DNA of 64,000 bases from Gammaproteobacteria bacterium. Its GTDB lineage: Bacteria > Pseudomonadota > Gammaproteobacteria > Eutrophobiales > Eutrophobiaceae. Made by a program: the position numbers and the translations under genes. Shown piece by piece: positions 46,883 to 56,124 of the stretch. The DNA lies in contig OZ220696.1 of assembly GCA_965116495.1 (NCBI GenBank), positions 256,001 through 320,000 of the forward strand, read 5' to 3'. The notes under the pieces are model-generated. The model was not told where the DNA came from and did no database searches. It saw only the letters and a list, made by a program, of their open reading frames with translations. The first letter of the stretch is position 1, and each line of letters begins with the position of its first letter.

Positions 46883-48316
46883 ATGTCAAAAATATTGATC
46901 AATAAACTGAGAAAAGAACTGGGCAGGGACGCTGTTTTGTCCGGCGCCGTTGCCGGTGATCGTTACTCACGCATCGGCAAATCACCGGTCGGTGTGGCGC
47001 TGCCGGAAGATATTGAACAGCTGCGGGCTGTATTGTCAGTTGCTGATGAAAGCAATATCTCGCTATGGGTCCTGCCCAACACGGCAGCTAACGGAGGCGT
47101 GGTTGGTCCTGCAACGGATAAGGATATCCTGGTAATCGATCAGTCCCGTATGAACAAAATCGTGGAGGTGAACGTCAAGGGAGCTTACGCACTGGTGGAA
47201 CCGGGCGTGAGTTATATGCAGTTAAATAACTACCTGCAGGAAAACAGGACCGGCCTGTGGGTGGATTGCGACAGGAACGGCTTGAACTCGGTTGCCGGCA
47301 GCATCAGCGCCCGGGAGTTCGGCTGTACCGCCTACGGCGACCACACAATGATGCAATGCGGTATGGAGCTCATTCTGGCTGACGGCGAACTGGTGAGACT
47401 GGGTATGGGCGCCATGCCGAAGAGCAACACCTGGCAGCTGGCAAAATATGCCTACGGCCCCTACCTGGATGGCCTGTTTACGCAATCCAACCTGGGCATC
47501 GTGACCAAAATGGGCGTATGGCTGATGCCGGCGCCGCCTGCATACCAGCCCTTCGCTGTGACCTTGAAGAGCGACGGTGACCTGGCCCAGGCGCTGGAGA
47601 TATTGCGTTCATTCAAGGTTAACGTAATCATTCCGAACACGGTGGTCATCAGTAATCCGGAACTGGATGCGAGTCCTTACGCGTCACGGGATGATTATAC
47701 CGACGGCAAAACGGTCGATACGGAACGGCTGGCAGCGGATTATGGTCTGGGCCAGTGGACCCTGTATGGGGCCTTGTATAACACCCCTCCCAACATCGAT
47801 GTATTATGGCCCATGGTACGCAGCGCATTCGCCGGCATTCAGGACGCTGTAGTGTTCGACCTGAACAACCAGGCGGACAACCCGGTATTTGCCGGCAGGG
47901 AGAACATGATGCGCGGCCGGCCCTCGCTGGAATTCAGTAACCTGAACAACTGGTCCGGCCAGTCTCACCTGTACGCCGGGTTTGTCTCCCCCATTGACGG
48001 CCGGCAGGTATTGAAGATGAATAAACTGGCCAGCGACACGGTGCGCAGCAGCGGATTTGATTACCTGACGGAGTACGCGGTCGGCTGGCGCTCCGTCATC
48101 CAGCGGGTTTATCTGACGTATCAAAGTGAAGCCGAACCCAGGGCGGTCGCGTGTCTTGAAACATTGATAGACTCGATGGCACAACGGGGTTTCGGCGTGA
48201 GCCATATCAGCACCGGGTACCTGGACCGGGCCCTGGCCGGCTATGATAACGCCGGCATGTCCGAATTGCGCGGCAGGCTCAAACAGGCGCTGGATCCCGG
48301 CAACCTGTTTGCCTGA
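46883..48316 (+). CDS. Second VAO/PCMH-family flavoprotein, no signal peptide, divergent active site
   Basis: VEPGVSY, YGDH, YGPYLDGLFTQSNLGIVTKMG, LKQALDP; lacks the NYxYGG and YR motifs. Confidence 0.85.
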   Translation: MSKILINKLRKELGRDAVLSGAVAGDRYSRIGKSPVGVALPEDIEQLRAVLSVADESNISLWVLPNTAANGGVVGPATDKDILVIDQSRMNKIVEVNVKGAYALVEPGVSYMQLNNYLQENRTGLWVDCDRNGLNSVAGSISAREFGCTAYGDHTMMQCGMELILADGELVRLGMGAMPKSNTWQLAKYAYGPYLDGLFTQSNLGIVTKMGVWLMPAPPAYQPFAVTLKSDGDLAQALEILRSFKVNVIIPNTVVISNPELDASPYASRDDYTDGKTVDTERLAADYGLGQWTLYGALYNTPPNIDVLWPMVRSAFAGIQDAVVFDLNNQADNPVFAGRENMMRGRPSLEFSNLNNWSGQSHLYAGFVSPIDGRQVLKMNKLASDTVRSSGFDYLTEYAVGWRSVIQRVYLTYQSEAEPRAVACLETLIDSMAQRGFGVSHISTGYLDRALAGYDNAGMSELRGRLKQALDPGNLFA

Positions 48317-48335
48317 TCAACAGTTGTCGCGGTTG

Positions 48336-49010
48336 TCACTCTCCCGGGACTCCATAACCCGGGGCTGATGACGGGTTGTTTGCGCGTGATATGTAATCAG
48401 CCATTTGCGGGGCATATCTATCCCATAATTCCCTGAGTTCGGCCAAAGGATTATGGTCTGTCCAGTCAATACGTAGATCTACCAGGGGCCAGCTGTTGCC
48501 ACCGACAACCAGCAAACCGGCGGAGTGTATCGGTCCTGCTTCGCCGCCTGCTTTCAAACCCCCATCCATTGCATCGAGCAAACGGTCAGCCAGCAAAGTT
48601 TTGCCCGAGTCAAGAAATTCGTCAATCATCACCGTTGTGACATTACCGGCGCTTAATAAATTACCTGCGGCTATACAGTTTTTACCCCGTGAGATATTAT
48701 TAATTCCGAGCGATTTGCTGCCGTTGAACCCGCTTGTACTGCCCTGGTTATCTACGGCAATCACCTGTCTGTAATCTGCATTAACTTCATTACTCATCAC
48801 TTCCAGCATAGCCGCTTTGACGTCCTTTCCTTGTTCCATTTGATCCAGGATTGCAGGCCCTAAAGAGGGTAGAGTGATATTTTGGGTAGATACTGCCCCC
48901 ACTCCGGATCTCGCCCATGGACATCTGCTCGCAACGCATATACTGGAAGACGAAATCGCAATGCCATATTGTTCAGTTTGATGACACTTTGCAACGATTG
49001 AGAAAGTCAT
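48336..49010 (-). CDS. DUF1028 family protein (Ntn-hydrolase-like)
   Basis: MTFSIVA start, GVGAVSTQN, AAGNLL, AGGEAGP, DLRID. Confidence 0.9.
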   Translation of the reverse strand: MTFSIVAKCHQTEQYGIAISSSSICVASRCPWARSGVGAVSTQNITLPSLGPAILDQMEQGKDVKAAMLEVMSNEVNADYRQVIAVDNQGSTSGFNGSKSLGINNISRGKNCIAAGNLLSAGNVTTVMIDEFLDSGKTLLADRLLDAMDGGLKAGGEAGPIHSAGLLVVGGNSWPLVDLRIDWTDHNPLAELRELWDRYAPQMADYISRANNPSSAPGYGVPGE

Positions 49011-49025
49011 GATTAGGGATTATAT

Positions 49026-49460
49026 TTATTCAGGAATGACCGCTGTTACTTCTATTTCCATCAGCCATTCTGGTTTGGCCAGGCCCTGTACAATCAATCC
49101 CGTAGAAACGGGATAAACACCCTTCAGCCACCTGCCCAGTACACGGTAAACCGGCTCGCGATAAGATCGATCGGTGATATAGACTTGCATCCTGCAAATA
49201 TGCGCCAGCTCACTGCCTGCCTCGCGCAATAGTTGATCGACATTCTTCATTGCTTGATCTGCCTGTGCTGCCGGGTCACCGGCGCCAACGAGATTTCCCT
49301 TCAGGTCAGTTCCAACCTGGCCACGCAGGAAGATGATGTTGCCGGCTATCACGGCCTGACAAAGATCATTATCCAGGTTTTGCTCAGGATAGGTCTCTTT
49401 GGTGTTGAACTTGCGAAATCGTTTATGGATCGGCATGAAGGGTAAATCCATTATTGTCAT
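49026..49460 (-). CDS. RidA/YjgF family protein
   Basis: FLRGQVG, QADQAMKN, PVSTGL, EIEVTAV. Confidence 0.9.
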   Translation of the reverse strand: MTIMDLPFMPIHKRFRKFNTKETYPEQNLDNDLCQAVIAGNIIFLRGQVGTDLKGNLVGAGDPAAQADQAMKNVDQLLREAGSELAHICRMQVYITDRSYREPVYRVLGRWLKGVYPVSTGLIVQGLAKPEWLMEIEVTAVIPE

Positions 49461-50956
49461 ACAGCTTTCAGTTTTACTTTATTTTGAAAATCCTCTTTAC
49501 CCGCTGATTTTGAATCAATTCTGTCGGAAAGTCTTGCCGCTTTTTTGACAATATTCAGGGGTTCATCCCAATCGAAGTTACGATATACCGCCGCCAGGTG
49601 TGCAAAAGGAGGTGATTGTGCGAATAATTGAAAGGTAAGCCGATGGCTGGCATAGTCGGAGTTTAATAAATCACGGGCAAAAGCGAGCAATCTGCGACGG
49701 TCTTCCGAGACCCAGTTATCATTTATGCTGTAGTACTTGTCTAACCAGACTCCGCTGTCACTGTCGGTAAATGCGGCCGCATCCGGGGTGATACAGACCT
49801 GACCGCCGCAGAGCTCTCTTGTGAGGTGCATCATTTCATGTAATTGGGAGCAGGCCAGTACCCGACCTGTGTACAGAAGGGATTGATTAGGCATCAACAA
49901 ACCGCCCGGACTTTTCTGCGCCGTTGCGATTGCTGCGGTCAGGTGGGCATTAATACCTTCCCGGTAAACAGCCAGTGCAGAGAGTTTTTCCTGGACAGCC
50001 GGCTGTTTTTCCAGACCCGTCTGTCTGACATTGTACAGGGCTGCGCCAATCATCATGTCGGCCATTTTCAAATTCCGCTGTACGAAAGCGAATGCGCTGT
50101 ACCTGTGCAGGGTTGCTCGAATAAACGTTGCTGCCCTGGTATGGCGATAAAACAGCACGTTTTCCCACGGGATCAATACATCATCGAAAACAACAAGCGC
50201 GTCTATTTCATCAAACCTGTTTGACAGGGGGTAATCTTCAAGAGGCGCACGACCTGTAAAACCTGTCCGGCATATCATTTTAATGCCCTTTGACCCCAGG
50301 TTACAGATGAAGCCAACCGCATATTCTGATAGAGCCGCATTACCCCAATTTGCGATAGTAGGCTTGGTAAAGGCTTGATTGGCATAAGCTGCCGCAGTTT
50401 CATATTTGGCCCCCCTTACTACTATCCCTGCATCAGTTTCCCTGACAACATGGAGCAGCATGTCAGGGTCCTGTTCCTGCGGGGGTTTGGAACGATCTCC
50501 CTTGGGGTCGGTATTGGCGGACACATGAAAAGGATCAGTTTTTGTGATTCGATTAACATGCCGTTTAATGTTGTCTGCAAAGCGCGGGTCGACTTCGTTA
50601 AGAATATCCTGTCCATCGTATAAGGACCACACTTCTCCAACGGTTTCATCACCAACCCTGGTAACTACACCACCGATATCATTTAACACGGTATCCGTTG
50701 CCTTGCGTTTGTCATGCCAGTCCTGTTGTGTATGGGGCAGCTTGAGTGAGATCGCGTTCGTCTCCCCCTTATCATCGATGTAAGTCATAATCTGACGCGT
50801 GCTTTCATCATGCGCCATGTCATAAATACGCGCCCTGATATCGACTATCGGTTTAAATGCGGGATGGGAAGGAACATCCTTGATTTTTTCTCCATCCATG
50901 TAAACTTCACGCCCATCACGAATGGACTCGATATATTCCTTGCCAGTACGAATCAT
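49457..50956 (-). CDS. 4-hydroxyphenylacetate 3-hydroxylase (HpaB) family monooxygenase, oxygenase component
   Basis: RTGKEYIESIRDGREVY, DPKGDRS, GIVVRGAK, PLSNRFDEID, IPWENV. Confidence 0.88.
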   Translation of the reverse strand: MIRTGKEYIESIRDGREVYMDGEKIKDVPSHPAFKPIVDIRARIYDMAHDESTRQIMTYIDDKGETNAISLKLPHTQQDWHDKRKATDTVLNDIGGVVTRVGDETVGEVWSLYDGQDILNEVDPRFADNIKRHVNRITKTDPFHVSANTDPKGDRSKPPQEQDPDMLLHVVRETDAGIVVRGAKYETAAAYANQAFTKPTIANWGNAALSEYAVGFICNLGSKGIKMICRTGFTGRAPLEDYPLSNRFDEIDALVVFDDVLIPWENVLFYRHTRAATFIRATLHRYSAFAFVQRNLKMADMMIGAALYNVRQTGLEKQPAVQEKLSALAVYREGINAHLTAAIATAQKSPGGLLMPNQSLLYTGRVLACSQLHEMMHLTRELCGGQVCITPDAAAFTDSDSGVWLDKYYSINDNWVSEDRRRLLAFARDLLNSDYASHRLTFQLFAQSPPFAHLAAVYRNFDWDEPLNIVKKAARLSDRIDSKSAGKEDFQNKVKLKAV

Positions 50957-51051
50957 TTACATAACTCCGTTAAAGACAGCATCACTTAGGTATTAGAGAG
51001 ATTTCTAAGCGCGGGATAGAGAGTCTAAAGGCAGGAGAGAATAAAACCAAT

Positions 51052-51081
51052 TATAAAAAATGTATGTCAAAGATAAAAAAT
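51052..51081. promoter_or_regulatory. Putative LysR-type operator upstream of the hpaB-like operon
   Basis: T-N11-A / ATA-N7-TAT at 51052-51065; ATAAAAAAT repeated 20 nt apart; LysR gene nearby. Confidence 0.45.
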
Positions 51082-51114
51082 AGTTTAAATATCACCTTCA
51101 TAATTATCCTTGAG

Positions 51115-52269
51115 CTACGGATGTGTCATACGGGAAATTAAATTTCCCATGAATTTTTCACCACGCAATATTTGCTCGAAGGTAATGAATTCATCCGGTT
51201 TATGTGCCTGGGCGATACTGCCCGGACCGCAAATCACGGTGGGAATATTGATACTATGAAACAGTCCGCCTTCGGTCCCAAAATCGATTTTAGCCGTATC
51301 AGATCGGGAAACAAGTGATTTTACGAAGGAGACTGCTTCACTGTCAGGATGAGTGAAGAGGCCGGGATAGGAGGTTTTTTCAATGATTGTGATATCCGTA
51401 TTCTTATGGGTTCTTCGCATCAATGGTTTAAGAACGCTATTTGCAAAATTCTTGATTTTATCCAGATAAGCCTGTGGGTCATCGTCCGGAAGATTTCTAA
51501 TCTCAAATTCAAACTCACAATTATCCGGAACAATATTCAGTAGACGCCCGCCTGAAATCGGGCCGGTATTGAGGGTCGTGTATGCAATATCATAATCCGG
51601 GTCAAACGGGCCTTTATCAGCGATCTCCTTCTGTAGAGACCGGATAAAGACGATTAATTCAGCGGCGTACTCCACCGCGTTAATCCCTTCGATTACGGCG
51701 AGCGCGGAATGGCACTCCTGTCCATCCACACAAACATGAAACGCAACTTTCCCCTTGTGACCATTGATTACCTGCATCCCGGTCGGCTCACCCACAATAC
51801 ACAATCCTGGTAAAACCAAAAAATCCTTCAGTTTGTCAATCAGACTCCTTACCCCCAAACAACCTACTTCTTCATCATATGAAAAGGACAGGTGTAAGGG
51901 CAGCTTTAAATCCAGTTTTGTCATATCCGGAATAAATGACAACACAATCGCGATGAAGCTCTTCATATCCACACAACCTCTTCCAAAAAGACGGTTGTCA
52001 TTTTCCTGTACTCTGAAAGGTTCGGTCGACCAGTCCTGCCCGTCAACCGGAACCACGTCGGTATGCCCCGAGAGCAGGATGCCGGATTGGTTCGGGTTTC
52101 CTATCGTGGCAAAGAGGTTGGCCTTCGTTTTGTCGGCATTGTAGATTAATTCGCTGGTAACCCCATATTCATCCAGGTAATTTTCTATAAACCGGATTAA
52201 CTCCAAGTTGGAAAGCCTGCTTGTTGTGTTAAAGGAAACCAGTTCCTCAATTAATTTCCTGCTTCGCAT
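51115..52269 (-). CDS. argE: M20 peptidase, acetylornithine deacetylase (ArgE)-like
   Basis: SGHTDVVP, GRGCVDMK, YDEEVGC, GTEGG, QAHKPDE; context suggests a catabolic paralogue. Confidence 0.85.
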   Translation of the reverse strand: MRSRKLIEELVSFNTTSRLSNLELIRFIENYLDEYGVTSELIYNADKTKANLFATIGNPNQSGILLSGHTDVVPVDGQDWSTEPFRVQENDNRLFGRGCVDMKSFIAIVLSFIPDMTKLDLKLPLHLSFSYDEEVGCLGVRSLIDKLKDFLVLPGLCIVGEPTGMQVINGHKGKVAFHVCVDGQECHSALAVIEGINAVEYAAELIVFIRSLQKEIADKGPFDPDYDIAYTTLNTGPISGGRLLNIVPDNCEFEFEIRNLPDDDPQAYLDKIKNFANSVLKPLMRRTHKNTDITIIEKTSYPGLFTHPDSEAVSFVKSLVSRSDTAKIDFGTEGGLFHSINIPTVICGPGSIAQAHKPDEFITFEQILRGEKFMGNLISRMTHP

Positions 52270-52330
52270 GGCGCGAATTATAGCTTATCTGGGGTGCTGA
52301 ACTGTGTAGCGGCAGTGTGGAGCGACCAAA

Positions 52331-53248
52331 TCAGGAGGCCAGGTCAGTTACATCGTTTGACTGACAAAACTCCAGAAATCTTTTTGCTACGGCAGTAGCT
52401 TGCAACCCATCAAGGTGTGCGGCGCAGACTATGCTGGGTTTCAGTTTTTCAGAGATAGGTCGCCTTACAATGGGATGATGTTCATAGGTGATGTCCGATG
52501 GAGGTCGGGTAACCAGAATGGAAACACCGAGATTCCAACCCACCAATCCACGCAATACTTCCAGCGAGGGTGCTTTGTATACAATATTCGGTTTCAGGTT
52601 GTATTCCTCAAACAGACCTAAGAAGTACTGGCGAGCCGATGAAAAATCCAGAAGCACAAACGCTTCATCCACAAGGTCATACAAAGACACGCATTCTTTG
52701 CCGGCGAGTGGGTGATCTTCTGAAAGCACGGCATAGGGCTGACCTTCCAGGATTGGAAGTACTGCTATGTCATGGGGAACACTGATGTCATACAACAGGG
52801 CGAGTTCAATCTCACCGGTTCTTAATTGTTCAATTATCCGGTCCTGATCGCCTTCTGATAAGGTGAACTCTACTTTTGGGTATTTTTCCTGAAAGCGTTT
52901 AATCAGGGTCGGCATGAATACAGGGGACAGAGGCGCGTAACTGCCGATGCTGAGTTCTCCGGACAACTCCTCACTGAGGGCCATCGCCGTGTGCTGGAAC
53001 GCTTCAGCATGCCTGACCAGGTTTCTTGCTTCTGCGAGAACTTTTTTCCCGGCTGGGGTAAGCGTAATTCCATGAGCATGGTGGCGATTTATCAAATCAA
53101 CGCCGAATTGGGTTTCCAACTTGGTAATTGCGGAAGCAATAGCCGGCTGTGCAATATGCACGTGTCTCGCAGCCTTGGTCAGACTCTCGTGTTCGGCAGT
53201 AGCGATAAAATAAGTAAGTTGCCTTAGTGTGTATTTCAGCCTCGCCAT
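52331..53248 (-). CDS. LysR-family transcriptional regulator
   Basis: TLRQLTYF..SLTKAA..IAQPAIASAI HTH, LTPAG. Confidence 0.95.
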   Translation of the reverse strand: MARLKYTLRQLTYFIATAEHESLTKAARHVHIAQPAIASAITKLETQFGVDLINRHHAHGITLTPAGKKVLAEARNLVRHAEAFQHTAMALSEELSGELSIGSYAPLSPVFMPTLIKRFQEKYPKVEFTLSEGDQDRIIEQLRTGEIELALLYDISVPHDIAVLPILEGQPYAVLSEDHPLAGKECVSLYDLVDEAFVLLDFSSARQYFLGLFEEYNLKPNIVYKAPSLEVLRGLVGWNLGVSILVTRPPSDITYEHHPIVRRPISEKLKPSIVCAAHLDGLQATAVAKRFLEFCQSNDVTDLAS

Positions 53249-53394
53249 GCTTCATCCTGTATTTGAGCCTTATGCATATCAGCATATATGAAATCGGCGT
53301 CCGGCACCATGTGATAAGTAGAGAAGGTGTCTTACTTGGTTTTTTTCAGAGATGGGGCTATGCTGGTAAAAAATACAACGCGGAGGGGTTGATA

Positions 53395-54684
53395 ATGAAC
53401 AGTTCACCTGATTTTAACGGCAAGCTCAATCTACTGGATGGCATCGATGGTTCTGCGCTCAGGTTAAGCGCCGACGATCCCCAATTTGCCGAATTCCCCA
53501 TCTCTGAATATACACGCCGTTACGCCCGTGCAATCCGCTTAATGGAAGAGTTTGACTTTGATGCGCTGCTGCTCACCCATGAACTTAATGTCCGCTATTT
53601 CTCCGGTTATCTCTCCATCTTGTGGGAATCCCGTTTCCGTTCGCTGGTCCTTATTTTGCCCCGGAACCCGAAGACAGGCCCTACGCTCCTCGTGCCCGGT
53701 CAGGAGGCCGGCAATGCTTTCGGTACTTCCTGGATACCAGATCGGGTTATCTATCCCGATCAGGAAAACATCGTGCCGTATGTCATCGAAGCGGTGCACG
53801 ATAAGGGACTCCAGACCGGACGCCTCGGGATGGAACTGGGATTTGGCCAGCGAGTGGGAATGACGCAGGAAGATATCGGGCGCCTCTATGAAGGACTTCC
53901 CGAGGCGGACATCAAGAGTGCAACGGAATTGATACAGACAGTGCGCATGATCAAATCTTCCCAGGAGATTGAACGGGTACGCAAGGCCTGTGATATTTCG
54001 CAGCGCGCCGTGGCAGAGGGATTCTCGTCACTTCATGAAGGTATGACGGAAAAAGAACTGGGTGCGGTTCTTGGCGCGGCCATGTTTCGGGAGGGCGCCG
54101 AGTTAAGCTCTCGTCCGAGCATGATGAATGTCTCCAGTTTTCCCGGCCGCCCCAAAATGGTCAATGCCCTGGCCAGCGACCATGCATTATGCCGGGGTGA
54201 CGTGGTGATGATCGACGGGGGCGCTGTCTATGGCGGATATGCGACCGACTTTATCAGGCAGGCATTTCTCGGCCCCCCGACCGATGACCAGCGCCGCTGG
54301 TTTGACGTGGCAATTGAGGCCAACAACGCCTGTATTGGCGCGGTGAAGCCGGGGGTAAGCTGCGCGGATGTTTACGAGGCCGGGATCGGCGTCTTCGAAC
54401 GTCATGGGCTGGTCGATTACAACTGCATAAACATTGTCGGTCATGCGGTCGGTATGGAAGTGCATGAACTACCGTGGCTGGGCGAGCGCGGTGTTGTTTA
54501 CAGTTCAAACACGCGCCTCGAACCTGGCATGGTATTTTGTGTTGAACCGGTCATAGCCGGAATGGATGGGCCTGAGTGGCTCGCGGGTGTTTTCATGGTG
54601 GAAGATAAACTGCTCGTCACGGAGAATGGTTGTGAGGTTCTGACCAACTCGTTATCCAAGGAGTTGTGGATTCAGGAACTCTGA
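53395..54684 (+). CDS. M24 (Xaa-Pro peptidase / creatinase / ectoine hydrolase fold) hydrolase
   Basis: Start likely MNSSPDF (GGAGG SD); RMIKS, DGG..YATD, GHAVG..HE, VEP, VED. Confidence 0.88.
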   Translation: MNSSPDFNGKLNLLDGIDGSALRLSADDPQFAEFPISEYTRRYARAIRLMEEFDFDALLLTHELNVRYFSGYLSILWESRFRSLVLILPRNPKTGPTLLVPGQEAGNAFGTSWIPDRVIYPDQENIVPYVIEAVHDKGLQTGRLGMELGFGQRVGMTQEDIGRLYEGLPEADIKSATELIQTVRMIKSSQEIERVRKACDISQRAVAEGFSSLHEGMTEKELGAVLGAAMFREGAELSSRPSMMNVSSFPGRPKMVNALASDHALCRGDVVMIDGGAVYGGYATDFIRQAFLGPPTDDQRRWFDVAIEANNACIGAVKPGVSCADVYEAGIGVFERHGLVDYNCINIVGHAVGMEVHELPWLGERGVVYSSNTRLEPGMVFCVEPVIAGMDGPEWLAGVFMVEDKLLVTENGCEVLTNSLSKELWIQEL

Positions 54685-54693
54685 CAGCACATC

Positions 54694-55977
54694 ATGGCCA
54701 CTTTTAAGGAGTTGGTAGAGGATTACTCGCGCCACCAGGTCCCTGAACACAAAACGGTGGGTGGTATCCACATCGGCATTATTATCATTGGTGTCGGTAT
54801 CACGATAACCGCTTTCATACTGGGAAGCCAGATGGGTCTGAGGCTTGGCTTCTGGGATAGTCTCCATGCGTTCTACCTCGGCGGATTTCTGCTTGCAGTT
54901 GTTGCGGGATTTACCGGCATCGTCGGCGCCTCGACCAGACTATCCACAGCGATGATTATCAGGACGACCTTCGGTGTATCCGGGGCGAAGTTTGTCAATT
55001 CGGTCCTGATGCTGGTCATGATGGGTTGGTGCATGGTTCTCGCAGCTTTTTTCGGGGATGCGATGCACGCCGGACTCGAGACCAACTGGGGTGTCATATC
55101 ACTACCGAGAGAATTTTATATCGCGCTCGGTTCGGCCGTGATGGCGTTGATCACTGTCTTTGGATTCAAGGCGCTGGACAAGCAGTCGCTGGTCATGGTG
55201 CCAATCATGCTGGGATTCCTGTTTACTATCCTGTATCTGGCTCTGCGCCGAATGAGCCTGTCCGACATCACCAGCCTGGAAACAGCAACCGGCCCCGCTA
55301 TGGGATTGGGGGCCGCAACGTCGATAGTGGTCGGTTCATTTATCGTAGGCGCAACCATTTTTCCCGATATTTGTCGTTATGTTCGGAATCGCCCGCAGGC
55401 AGTTACCGGCTCATTTATTGCCTTTTTACTGGGTTATCCGGTTATCCTGATTTTATCCGCAGTTCCGAGCATTGCGACGGGCGAAACGGATTTGATGATT
55501 GTCGTGACCATGCTTGGGTTCAGTGTGCTCGGTTTCATTTTCCTGGTATTTGCATCACTGACAACCGGTACTTTTCAACTGTACAGCGCGTCACTGGCGT
55601 TTGCGGCCCTGGTTAAAACCGACAAATGGAAACTCGTCATTGTGATTGCCGTTATCACTACGGTTGTCGCCATATTTTTCTCAATTGACTATTTTCTGGA
55701 TTGGTTGACGTTTCTCAGCATACTAATTCCTCCGATCAGCGGAATTTACGTCACGCATCACCTGCTTACGAACCGCAGGACTGCCGGCCGGCATGCCGCT
55801 CCGGATATCTCCTTTCCTGCGTTTGGCGCTTGGATAGCCGGAACCATAGTAGCTTTCATTGCCCATAACGGCTCGTTGCAATTCACGTCGATAGCCGCTA
55901 TCGACGCAATTCTTGTCGCATCGTTCTGCTATTATTTGCTTCAGACGCTGGCAGGGAAAAATACGAACGAGACATGA
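54694..55977 (+). CDS. Cytosine/purine permease (NCS1, CodB-like)
   Basis: EDYSRHQVP, FGVSG, PDICRY, IPPISGI; about 12 TM segments. Confidence 0.85.
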   Translation: MATFKELVEDYSRHQVPEHKTVGGIHIGIIIIGVGITITAFILGSQMGLRLGFWDSLHAFYLGGFLLAVVAGFTGIVGASTRLSTAMIIRTTFGVSGAKFVNSVLMLVMMGWCMVLAAFFGDAMHAGLETNWGVISLPREFYIALGSAVMALITVFGFKALDKQSLVMVPIMLGFLFTILYLALRRMSLSDITSLETATGPAMGLGAATSIVVGSFIVGATIFPDICRYVRNRPQAVTGSFIAFLLGYPVILILSAVPSIATGETDLMIVVTMLGFSVLGFIFLVFASLTTGTFQLYSASLAFAALVKTDKWKLVIVIAVITTVVAIFFSIDYFLDWLTFLSILIPPISGIYVTHHLLTNRRTAGRHAAPDISFPAFGAWIAGTIVAFIAHNGSLQFTSIAAIDAILVASFCYYLLQTLAGKNTNET

Positions 55978-56124
55978 AGTCCATAACTGAATGATTGTGA
56001 AAATAAAAATAATGTATTTAAGTTGTAACTATTATTATTGAAGTGGAGTTGTCTTATTGCACTGAGTATCTGGTAAATTGACCCTCTTGAGGATTGTTAC
56101 TACGCAATGTAATCGGGGGTAGAA

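Noticed and set aside
53227-53394. M24 start overlapping lysR
   Set aside because: ATG at 53395 has a GGAGG SD; the upstream stretch is the divergent promoter region
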